DNA from: Girardia tigrina
Taxonomy: Eukaryota
Length of the DNA stretch: 49,158 nt
NCBI GenBank assembly: GCA_001938485.1
Contig: MQRK01209772.1
Location: 68,756 to 117,913 of the forward strand
Direction: 5' to 3'
In this document: piece by piece, positions 38,593-49,158 of the stretch
How the letters are laid out: each line of letters starts with the position of its first letter
How positions within the stretch are numbered: position 1 is the stretch's first letter
Position numbers and translations under genes: made by a program
Notes under the pieces: generated by a model
Seen by the model: the letters and a program-made list of their open reading frames with translations, nothing else
Told to the model about the DNA's origin: nothing
The model's database searches: none

Positions 38593-39596
38593 TTAGGTTG
38601 GTCGAAAAATAATGGCGGTTTTGAGCTTTATACTTTGTTTATCTACTTTGATATGTATATAAGTTTAAATGCATTAGTGTTAGATATTATTTGAAATCTT
38701 ATGCCTNNNNNNNNNNNNNNNNNNNNNNNNNNNNNNNNNNNNNNNNNNNNNNNNNNTAGCCATTATTAACATATTGCTGTTATTTTTTAGAATATTTACG
38801 GTGCTAAATTAATAATGGAAAAAATTAAAATTCAAGCAATTTTCTTGTACAAATTTAAACTGGGTCGTAAAGCAGTAGAAACGGTTCGCAATATCAATAA
38901 AGCGTTTGGCAAGGGAACAGCTTCTGAGCGCACAGTTCAACGATGGTTCCGAAAATTTTCTGATGGAGATGAAAACCTTGAAGATGAAGAAGGTCTTGGT
39001 CGATCAGTTGCTGTGAACAACGACAATTTGAGGACAATGGTGGAAACAGATCCCCGTACAACAATCAGAGAACTTGCAGATGGGTTGGGCATTAGTCATT
39101 CAACAGTCCTTAATCATTTAAAACAACTTGGAAAAATCAAGAAACTTGATAAATGTGTTCCACATGATTTGAATGAAAATCAAAAGAACCGACGCTATGA
39201 AATTTATTCTGCCAATCATCTTCGCAATAAAAACAATCCATTTCTTGATCGTATTGTTACCTGTGATGAGAAATGGATCCTGTATGATAATCGACGTTGA
39301 TCTGCACAGTGGTTGGACAAAGATGAAGTACCGAAACACTTTTCAAAACCGAAATTAACACCCCGTAAGGTTATGGTGACAGTTTGGTGGTGTGATGCTG
39401 GAATCATCCACTATAGTTTCTTGAATCCAGGTAAAACAATCACAGCGGAGAGGTACTGTCATGAAATTGTTTCTTGTTGGCAAAAATGTATTGATGCCAA
39501 CGGTTCATACTTTGATTAATAAACTTTTGTTTCTGTGAATTTGCACGTCTTTGAAGTTTGTGTCCCAAAACTGCCAATATTTTTCGACCAACTTAA
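38593..39596 (+). mobile_element. cecropia-subfamily (Hsmar1-like) mariner with both TIRs, internally deleted
   Basis: TA|TTAGGTTGGTCGAAAAAT ... ATTTTTCGACCAACTTAA|TA; ORF with CVPHDL and IVTCDEKWILYDN; stop at 39298-39300; in-frame deletion joining ERYCHEI to VSCWQKCIDANGSYFD. Confidence 0.95.
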
Positions 39597-41207
39597 TATT
39601 TTGGTGGATTTTCCTCCAACTATATATAAATATATAAATTGTGATTATGTATTCAATTTATGTAATAGCTAATTAAATACTAGAGATAATTTTAAAGATT
39701 GAGAGAGGATCTCTTGTGAGGCATCATCGATTAAATCATATAATCCATCAATTAATGTTTCAACAAGTCTCTCATCCACTTTGTTGAAAGTATCTAATAA
39801 TACATTGCGTAAGCTGATGACACATTCGTCATTTATAGTACCATTTATAATACCATTGATAAAAAAATTATTTCCAAATGATGGAAAATCTACCAAAATA
39901 TATCGCAAATGCCGCAAATTTTTGTACCTTATAAAAAAATAAAAAACAGATTTCAAGATTTTGATTGTAAATTAAAAGAAATTGCAAAAAAAAAATATTA
40001 TACTTATCTCGATACTCCTAAAAAATAATGTATAAATTGTTCTTTTTTGTTTAGACAAATAGTTAGTTTTTGGTTTATATTAATAATAAAATTTGCCATT
40101 TTTTGCCAGTCAAAGATCATTCTTTTACGGACTCCAAACTCAAAAATATCGAAAAAAAAGTTTATTAAATTCTATTTTAGTGGGTTCAAGAATGTTTCAA
40201 ATCAATAAGATTTTTTAAAGAGTGAGATATTTGGTTATAAATAAATAAATAATGAATAATTGTGATTTATATAGAAATGAATAATTAAAAAAAATCTTTA
40301 AGACTCAACAGTAACCATATTATTGTAAATTCAGTTTAAAATGTACCATAAATTGTATTACCGCTGAAGAAAGAATCTGTCTAGAAAATTAAGAAGTATG
40401 TTCGGAATAGATTATACTTATGGAAAGGAACATCTATGTCATTATTGGAGGAATATTATTATGTTTCTAATGAAGGAGATAACTCTGATTGTCAATTTGT
40501 ATTTCGAGAATGAACAACAAATCAAACAAATTGTACAAATTTCTACCGTAATACCATGAAACCCTAGAAATGCACGTTCACCAAAATATTCTTTCCCAAC
40601 TTCAGTATATAGACAATAAAATTCCTATATTTATAAATTAAAAAAAGTTATTTATGTTAAAACAAATTATTTTTATAATCCAACTAAAAATAAAATACAT
40701 TTTTTAGACAAAAAAAATCATTGTAATTATCTGATAAGATTAATTCAATTAAGTACAAATAGAATAAAACATTTTCCCAGAAAAAAAATTAAATTTTAGA
40801 TTTGTAAACTAAAATGCTTTTTTTCTCGTCGTTTGAGAGATGTATCTTGAAAACAAACTTCAGTGAAGACAAATTTGAAACTCAAGCCAAATAGACTTAC
40901 GAAAGTCGCAAAATTAAATTTAATTAGCAAATCACCAAATGAATTAGAATGTAAAAAAATCGAATATATTATTCTTAGAATTAGAAGATTGGTGGATAAT
41001 TACTGAGTTTTGGAAAGATTTTGAATCTCTTAAGTGTCATTAAGAGAATTTAGTATATTTTAGAACAACATTAAATTAAAATTTTATAAAGTCTTAAAGT
41101 GTGCTTTTTTATAAGAAAAACAATGTTGAATATTTTTGATTATTTTATTTTAGTTAATAAATTATTTTTTATGTCTCTTTTCTCTTTTTCAATCTTTTTA
41201 TTAGCTC

Positions 41208-41211
<4 letters not shown>

Positions 41212-41264
<53 letters not shown>

Positions 41265-41314
41265 NNNNNNNNNNNNNNNNNNNNNNNNNNNNNNNNNNNN
41301 NNNNNNNNNNNNNN

Positions 41315-41362
<48 letters not shown>
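41212..41362. repeat. (TA)n(TG)n compound microsatellite spanning an assembly gap
   Basis: Direct observation; N run at 41265-41314. Confidence 0.95.
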
Positions 41363-43135
41363 ATGTATTAGTATTTATATGTAATAATTAATCATCGTCA
41401 AGATGATCATAAATTAAAATTTAAAAAAAATCATTAAATAAATTGAACAATAATTTTTAAAATAATATTTTTTGATTTATCTGTTGATCTTTCGAACAGA
41501 GTTTTTCTTTTTACTCAACAAAATTCCAAAATCAAAATTTAGTTATTGTTTTCACTCCGTGTGTTATTCGAAATTGGAGGCTGATTTTTGATAAATCGTC
41601 TCTCTCTCAAATTGAACTACGAAAAGAATTAAAGCTCTTAACTCTTAAGGAGAAATTTCCTTAATCAAGCAGTAAACTATGCCATAAAAAACCAATAAAT
41701 TCAGCTCAGATCAAAAGAAAACATTCATTAAAAAAAGAAAATTCCCAAACCATTTGATCCACTAAAATATTTAGAAAAGAAAAATCTCAAAAAATTACTC
41801 TCACTATCTCTTCTGTCATCTTTCCTGTATTATCCTCTACTATATAATTGTGTACCTGGACTATCTATGATCAAAAGTAACTTAATTGTTATTTCATCTC
41901 CTAATGTCTCCTTTCTTGTTTTGTTTGTGATTCTGAATTTCACCTTTCTTTTTATCCGTCAGTTTAAATTTCATAGTTAATCAAATAATTTAATTCACTT
42001 ATTCCTATTTTATTATTTTCATCATTTATTAGAAGTGTATCCAAAGATTTTTATAAGTTAGTCGATTCTTGAATACACTTTCATATGTTGTAATAAGTTG
42101 CATATTAAAAAAAACAATTTAACTGTTTTCTATTTAAAATTATTTTGTCCTCGAAAACCTTATTTTAAATTATCAAGTAATCTTTTTTTATAAATATTTG
42201 TATTTTATGAAGTTTTGATTTTTTAAAAAAATAATAAATTGTTATTAAAAATGAACTAAAATTTTTAAAAAGTTATAATTAAAAAACAATCTATTTATCA
42301 TTTTGTTTAAAATAAAAATATATTTATTAAAATTTAATATTTATCGATTAACAATGTTATAATCAATATATTCCGGGAATTATTGTGACAGGGAGGTTGT
42401 AATTGGGAAGTCGCTGTGAACTGCACAAAAAATATTTTACGATTTTTCCTTTGAATTATCACTTTTCTTTCATTAGTAAAATAATTTCATTTTTAAAATT
42501 ATGGAAGAAAGAAAATATATAAAAGAAATATATAACGAATTTTCATTATTCATAACGAATCTTAGACAATACAAAAACAAAAGATGTAAATTTACACTTA
42601 TAAATCTAAAACAAACAAAAGAAATCTATTAATTATTTTTCAATATACAAATTATTTCTAAATAGGTTGTAGTGTACTTGATTCTCGTTATTTAAAGTTC
42701 TCCGTGGATTGAAGAACAGTAGAATAAAAGTATATTTTGTTTCTATGGATACCTATAAACCTCATATAAGTTATTAGATATGGTATGGTCATTATATGTT
42801 ATACGTTTTTTACAAAATAATAATTTTTACTTTTCACAGTAATTAAAACTATGTTTAAATGAAACAAATGAATCATTATTTTATATATTTTATAAAAAAA
42901 GTGTTGCATTTCAATGCAAAATAGGTCTTTATAGCTAATTTAGCTAAACTAGTTCAATAATGTGTAAAAAACTATGGTGATAACTGATCAGTGATTCACT
43001 GATCGTAAAAAAAGGTAAAAGTGTGACATGTAAAGAGATTATTACTATTAAATTTATTTATTTTTTATTTTTACTTATTGTGTTTTTGCTTGCAAAACAC
43101 AGTTGAACTAATTGAATTCTTTGTCTCAATATTAC

Positions 43136-43295
43136 TGTGAGGAATATCTTCGAATGATGTTTATTGTATGTTGTGTTTGTTGTTGTTTTTAGGATTGTGA
43201 TTCTCCCACTCAGATGGAAGATTGATATTTGGAATGTCAGATTATTCGAACAATTTTGAAATGTAAATAACAACTTTAAAATTATTATTATTTGA
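43136..43295 (+). mobile_element. Gypsy LTR family copy F
   Basis: TGTGAGGAATAT start, motif GATTGTGATTCTCCCACTCAGATGG. Confidence 0.7.
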
Positions 43296-43399
43296 TCTGC
43301 TCGCTGGGGGGGAGCTGATACCTCCAATCTCTCATTGTACTCAGTCGAATCAATAAATCAAGATTCCAAAAGGATTAAATTTTCAAATCAAAAAGAAAA

Positions 43400-44050
43400 A
43401 AATTAATTCCTTTTCGCAACTCATTTTCCAAAAGAATTAATGATGGAATTCCTTTGATAAAGCTTATGGACTTTCCAATATCTCCAGCAATGCTCCAAAA
43501 AAGGCTGAAAAAACATTTTCGATAAAGTTTTGGATCTTCTAACAGATGAAGTTTCTTTTCCAACAAACGACTCTTTTGTAATTGATAAAAAATATTGTAT
43601 TTTACTTGAAAATAATCGATATTCACGTTTGTCTATGTCCAACGATTACATGATAAACACTGCTAAAAGGTTCACAGTGGCATGGAATACAGTGATCATG
43701 CAGATGTTTTCACTAGTATAAAATAACGATGGGAAAAGATCGGATTCATCAAGTTATAATGAAAATATGTCCGTCCAAGAAATCTATCAACAACACCAGA
43801 AACCTAAGACAAAGAACTCAAACAGAAAGAAGAATAAATTTGACAAAATGTTTTTTATGAGAGTCAAAGAAAAAGAAAACCAATTAAAGGAATCGGACAA
43901 ATAGCTTATGTTAAAATTCGAATCTTTAAAGAAATTCAATGCCAAAGAAAAACGAAAATTGAAAGAACGAAGAAGAATTTTCGAAGAAGATATAAGTAAA
44001 TCTGAAAAACCGAAATTCGAAGAAATTCCGTCGGAAGTTAAAAATAAATA
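43400..44050 (+). pseudogene. Septin (SEPT6/8/11 group) pseudogene, C-terminal half, intronless
   Basis: SFPTNDS (cf. FPTDDE), SVQEIYQ (cf. SLQETYE) and FDKMFFMRVKEKENQLKESDK*LMLKFESLKKFNAKEKRKLKERRRIFEED (43839-43991; cf. [39 protein letters not shown]); in frame with ORF 43530 across stops. Confidence 0.8.
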
Positions 44051-45669
44051 GAATTATCACAATAAATCGAAAGGTCGACATAGGACATTGAATAATCATT
44101 CTGGGATTATCCAACGGATCATCAAAAGCACAAAATGAGAATATTCTTCAACAGTTACAAGTCAAATCGTTGACCGCAATCACCCAACGAATTTCAATTT
44201 AATGAGGATTGGAAATTCACCGTCAATCCAAAGGATTTGATGATCGTTGGTATAAAGTGGAATCTAGTTTTTTTAATAATTGTCTCGAAAAAAAAGTAAT
44301 GAAAGAAAAGAATAAATAGTAAATACAGTTAAAAGTAAAAAAGAGACAGTTGTCAAAATGTCAAATATGATGAATCAGAGATGAATTTGACAAATCTCAT
44401 CAATCAACGATTGAAAGTCAACAGTGACGTCCCTAGGATCCCCCATTGTCGCCGCTACGCCGCAGCGGCGCTATGCCCACTCCGCTGCAACCACCAATTA
44501 TAATATATTATAATGAATAAATATATAATAATAAGTTATTCAAAATATTTTAAATCTTTTTGAAAAAAACTTTAAAATATTTAAATTGAGGATTGGAATG
44601 CAAATATTTATATAATATATTTAAATATTTAAAATGAATTGAAAATAATTTTAAAATATTTAAGTTAGGAATTGTAATTAAAATTTGTTAGAATAATTAC
44701 AAGTTGAGAAATAGAATTTAAATTTTTCAATCAAGAGAGATGTATAATTACGAATATTTTTTGTAGAATAAGTTTAGCACTAAAATATTTCCACTCACAA
44801 ATAATTTTATAAAAGTGTAAATTTGTATATTATATACGATTTGGTAATACTTATCAGTGACTTCTATTAAAAAATTACTTTCCAGTATTTACATATTTGC
44901 AAAAAATCATTATAAAATTTAAAGGGACTTAATGAACATTCTTATATTAAAAATTTTTATTATTAATTTTATTATTAATATTATAACGTTTTCTTTATGA
45001 CCAGATTCTTATATAAAAATATGAAATTATAAATATAAATAACTGATAAGTGATTTTAAAATTGAAAACTTTTAATTCTATTTAATAAAAATTTTGTTGT
45101 CATATTTTTACTAAATTAACCTTAATGATTTTTTATTATTTTAGAATTAGTTTAATGTTATTTCTTTTTTTTGGAAACATTTCTAATTAATAAAGATTTT
45201 AAAGTTTTATTTTTTTTCAATATTTACGAATTTTATTATTAATATTTAAAAGCATTTTTATCTACAATTATTTTAAATACCATACAATTTAAATACTATA
45301 AAATAATTTAGAGTATTTTATAGTAATTTACAAATTTTATTATTATTACGATGCGTTAATGATAAAAGTCTTAATTAAATTTTTTTTACAATACTATTTA
45401 GAATAATTTTTAAAATTATTACAACCTATTTTATCCTTGTATTTCTATATATTTTTTTTAATCAATTATTTAAAAATTCATTATTTCCCAATTAATTTCA
45501 TTTTAAGTTTTTTTTACTCTTCAAATAAAATTTGATTATTCTCGAAACTAACTTTTTAAAATTAATTACGATATATTTTTAAATTATAAATGTTTAGACA
45601 ACTTTTTATTTTAAATATTTACTTATTTCAAATATTATTTATAAAAATTATTTATTCAAAAATTTAAAG

Positions 45670-46512
45670 GAAGGAGCTTTTCGCATGAGTCCCTCACAAT
45701 CCTTTCATAGTTAGAGTCAATATTACAACCAAAATCAAAACCCGAAAATCACTCTCCTTCACAGCTCATAATGTGATCTAAAATAGAGCTTTTCTACTTT
45801 ATTTGGTTCTGCAATTCTAGTACGGAGGTGACGATTTGTCTCTCCAATGTGGGCCTCCCATCTCTTTCGAATGGTATTGAGCCTCTAGGCTCTTTAGAGG
45901 GTCCACCCAAACTAAAGAATTACTAGCAGCCCCCCGATAGGCCTCCTACGGGGTCGGATAGTTTCGGTCTCCGAGATCTTTTTGGCTTCCCTGTGAGAAA
46001 CGACCACCCATGGGTTGTATAGCCATGGTTCTGCATACCTTTGGCTGTATTCGTGGACTTNGTACAGCCGCGAAAGGGACATCTGAACTCCCCCNTTGCA
46101 GTTAGATCTGCAATCCTAAAAGTCAGATGTGTTTCTTCAGTACCTATCGCTTCTTCCACCGCCGTCGAGATAGTCGGGGGGTCCGTCACGGATTGAATCT
46201 GGTTGCCTGAAATGTTGAGGATTTCTACGACTCTTTCTTCTGTGGTTGTACTGGTTTGCGCTGGTGTCATTGTCGATTCTCCAATTTCTTCTGTCTCCTC
46301 CAATTTATGATCCTGGTAGAGGTGCCTGGTCAGCCACCCCTTCGTTTTGTACGACTTTTTGCATAGTGTACATGGGAATGGCAATTGCTGTTGTTGTATC
46401 TCATTGAGCTGATCAGGATTAGCGGAAGTGGACACCGCGTGGTCCCTTTTCATGTGTCTGTTCAGCTCCTCTCCAATGTACAAAGATTCACACTCGTGAC
46501 ATTTAAATTGCT
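45670..46512 (-). mobile_element. Three-C2H2 zinc-finger N-terminal fragment, probably of an RLE-type non-LTR retrotransposon (NeSL/R5/R2-like)
   Basis: FKCHEC...RHMKRDH, FPCTLCKKSYKTKGWLTRHLYQDH and FRCPFRGC.KSTNTAKGMQNHGYTTH separated by long linkers; GC-richer than the flanks; no RT in the window. Confidence 0.55.
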
Positions 46513-47499
46513 AGAATAAATTTACTTGTATACCAAATTGTGTTCTTGATTTATTGGAAAAGTAATAAGAGATTTTGTTAGTGAGGACAACTAATTTAAA
46601 TTTAGATCACGGTTCACTTTTTGATAAGGCCTTTGGTAAACACAAATCTTTGCAGCGATTACTTTCATTTATTATAATTCTAATAAGAATCTCACCTATA
46701 AAAAATCTAAAACAATCCATTCTCTTTTCGTCTATTTATCAAATTTAAGTATTTATTCTTCAGCTGGTTGATGAATTCAAATTTTTGTGAACGAATAAAG
46801 ATGTTTCTAGGATGTGGAAGTTGAAAGAAACAAAGATGCTTAAGAATCGTAAAAATAATAATGAGTTTTTGACTCTGAGTAAGTACTTAAAAAAATTGAT
46901 GGAAATCAAAATCTATATTCACTATTTAATAACTGAATGATAATTGAATTTGACTATTTTTTCAACCAAGACCTATTAATACCTTCGATATCTGGAAAGG
47001 AATTAACCAAAATATTTAAAAAATTGAAGAAATTTTTCCAAAATATTCAATTAATCCATTATTAAATAATCTCTTATATATGTACTCATTTTGGTCATAC
47101 CTGAAAAACTCAGAATAATAAAATCTAAAAACGATACTTTGATTATTGATCAAGCTTAAGTATTCATTTAGAAAAAGCTACCAAGATCTAAAGGCATTAC
47201 CTGTCCTAATCCGGTTAATTAAATTTTAATTTCGAAATTTTTATGTCGTTTCATTTTATAATGAATTTAAGTGAATAAGCAATTTGAAATGAAGAATTAA
47301 ATCGATTATAAAAGATATTAATAGAAATAAAAAAATACATTTTTTTATTTTTTCCTGGTAGAAACCTTTACATTGATTCTGTGACCTCAATCGAAAAATA
47401 AAGCCAATGTCCATTTCCAACCCTCAATTGCAACTCATTATTCCATAATATCTTATTTAAACTATCAAACACCAGAACTAAAAAATTGAATTTCCTTAA

Positions 47500-47722
47500 C
47501 CCTTTCCTGGCTGAATTAAAAATCCTTAAATCATTTTCTGCAACTTTCAAATGATAAAAATAAAAGGACGGTTGACAAAATACGTGTTAAAATAATTTTT
47601 CTTTAAAAGAAAAATCTTCCTTATTCATCAGGATAAAAATTTTATTCATATTTTTTCCATAGATGCCTATAAAATATTAAAATGAAACATGATTCCATAT
47701 GACATCAATAGTCAGGAAAGGG
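47500..47722. mobile_element. piggyBac MITE, 223 bp
   Basis: TTAA|CCCTTTCCTGGCT ... AGTCAGGAAAGGG|TTAA. Confidence 0.9.
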
Positions 47723-48719
47723 TTAAAGGAATCAGAATAACATCAAATAAAAATCCTTTGAAAAGATTTTATAAATACTCTTAGACAATTTCATCAGTTT
47801 TATTTTATTTTAACTATTTAGATGAATCCATTTACCTAACTGTGATTTTGTTTAATATCTGAGATTATTTATTTATTTTGAGTTATATATTTTTAATTGC
47901 TTATTGTTATTAATTTTTCTAATATTATTTTCAAGGAAGTTTAATTGTTTTGTTAAATGATAGATAAACGACTGGCACAAGCTATTTTTTAGAATTATAT
48001 TTTGAAAATTTTATATTTTTAATGGACGAAGGAGTTAAAAAAAATTTATGAGAAACGAAAGTTATTTTAAATGTTGTGGAATTTATTTGGAAAGATAAGA
48101 TAAAAATATATTTAAAATATATTTTTAAGAGAGAAGTAAACAAATTTATTTTTAGGTCATCAAATATGATATTTTTAGAACTAAAGTCAATGTTTAATAA
48201 TAATTTAACCCGGGGCCTTCTGCCCCGATTTTCATTATTGATGCTACAATTACCTTCCGTTAATTTTCTGACCTAATTTGAGATATTCTGATGCATAGTA
48301 GCATTGTATTCGAATACATTATTGATGTTTTACATAGTTTGTGATGTGAGGCTCCAAGTAAGAACTCGTACTTCATAATAGTTCGAAAATCTGATTTATC
48401 ATTTTTAAAATACTGATTATTAAAACAAGGTATGAATAACTTTAATGAATTTTTTATTGTGCATTCAATAGCCAATATATGTAGCAATCGAATAAAAAAA
48501 CTCAGCTACAAAATACTAAGTCATTGTCAAATTACAACTATTTGAATTTATTAAAATTATGGATACAATTTCATACTTGACAACCGAACTAATTACTTAT
48601 CATTTTTATTAGTCGAAAGGTTATAACGCCTAATTTTTGTATTCGGTAACCGACTTGCCGAATTCACGAACTCAGCAATTTTTTAAATAAATTTTTTTAA
48701 TTCAATTATGAAATTAATA

Positions 48720-49010
48720 TTAATATTTAATACGAAAAAAATATGCATTTAATATGAAAAAATATCGATCTAATATGAAAAATATTATTTTAATATGATA
48801 AAATGCTTTTAAAATACACATGTTTGCAATTCAGCTTGCAACCAAGGAAGAAATTTTATTAACTATAAATAAAAATTTTACATTTGGAATCTATTTGCAT
48901 AATAAATAAGGATTTCTTTCTTATTTAATTTATTATTTCATATTAAATTGATATTTTTCACAATAAGTTGATTTTTTCATATTGCATTGATATTTTTTTT
49001 CATATTAAAT
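48720..49010. repeat. Foldback-like repeat of ~21-bp units (TAATATGAAAAAATAT), direct and then inverted
   Basis: Three to four units at ~48727-48810; inverted units (ATATTTTTCATATT) at ~48930-49010. Confidence 0.55.
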
Positions 49011-49012
49011 AG

Positions 49013-49148
49013 TGTGGAATAATTATGTAAATATTAATCTATTTTAATGTGTGTTGTTTTAATATTCATTATTGTAAACTGTTAATTCAAATATATATTT
49101 TTCTTAGTTGGAGATTCTCTTTTACAACAGTGGCGTCATGAGCAGGAT
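49013..49148 (+). mobile_element. Short 5' LTR plus PBS of an LTR retrotransposon continuing beyond the window
   Basis: TGTGGAA...TTACAACA (49013-49129), then G and TGGCGTCATGAGCAGGAT, a tRNA-complementary PBS-type sequence. Confidence 0.7.
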
Positions 49149-49158
49149 CAAAGCCGAT

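Noticed and set aside
41099-41371. 90-aa ORF
   Set aside because: Translation of a microsatellite and an N gap.
41480-41800. Possible Penelope-like RT C-terminal relic (FLINRLSL...KELK)
   Set aside because: Too degraded to support a call.
1970-43295. Recurring repeat read as a CRISPR-like or integron attC-like array
   Set aside because: Eukaryotic context, kb-scale irregular spacing, and copy C is preceded by a PPT and an integrase tail, which identifies the repeats as LTRs.
46640-47500. Possible multi-exon minus-strand host gene with short introns
   Set aside because: Splice-like signals are present, but I could not assemble a coherent frame or identify a product.

Overview
Very AT-rich, repeat-dominated eukaryotic DNA. 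The 18S rRNA fragment (GAGGAATAAATAGCGTTTAGCTAAATGAAAT variant) and the transposon spectrum point to a triclad planarian (Dugesiidae-like; inference). I see no intact host gene. The window is a nested transposon graveyard: two rosa/Visitor Tc1-mariner relics (DD41D, and an unusual DD46D spacing), cecropia- and irritans-type mariners, a Tc1, two pogo/Tigger relics, hATm, a Buster/SPIN-type hAT with an exact 8-bp TSD 8.2 kb apart, hAT and piggyBac MITEs, a Helitron 3' end, a C2H2-finger non-LTR 5' fragment, a mini LTR element, and seven same-strand copies (six loci) of one Gypsy LTR family. Decayed, apparently intronless host-gene copies are interspersed: WD40, C12orf56/DUF4551-like, tandem ubiquitin-like, SEC22 and a SEPT6-group septin. 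The most interesting structure is a ~550-600 bp leader that begins with a piggyBac-type terminus (TTAA|CCCTTGGAGCG...TTTGACCGAA). It occurs twice in opposite orientations (about 12921 + and 27531 -), and each copy leads directly into a different host-gene copy (DUF4551-like, SEC22). This suggests a gene-capturing 'Pack-piggyBac' family. All protein-family calls come from motif recognition by eye, not from database searches.
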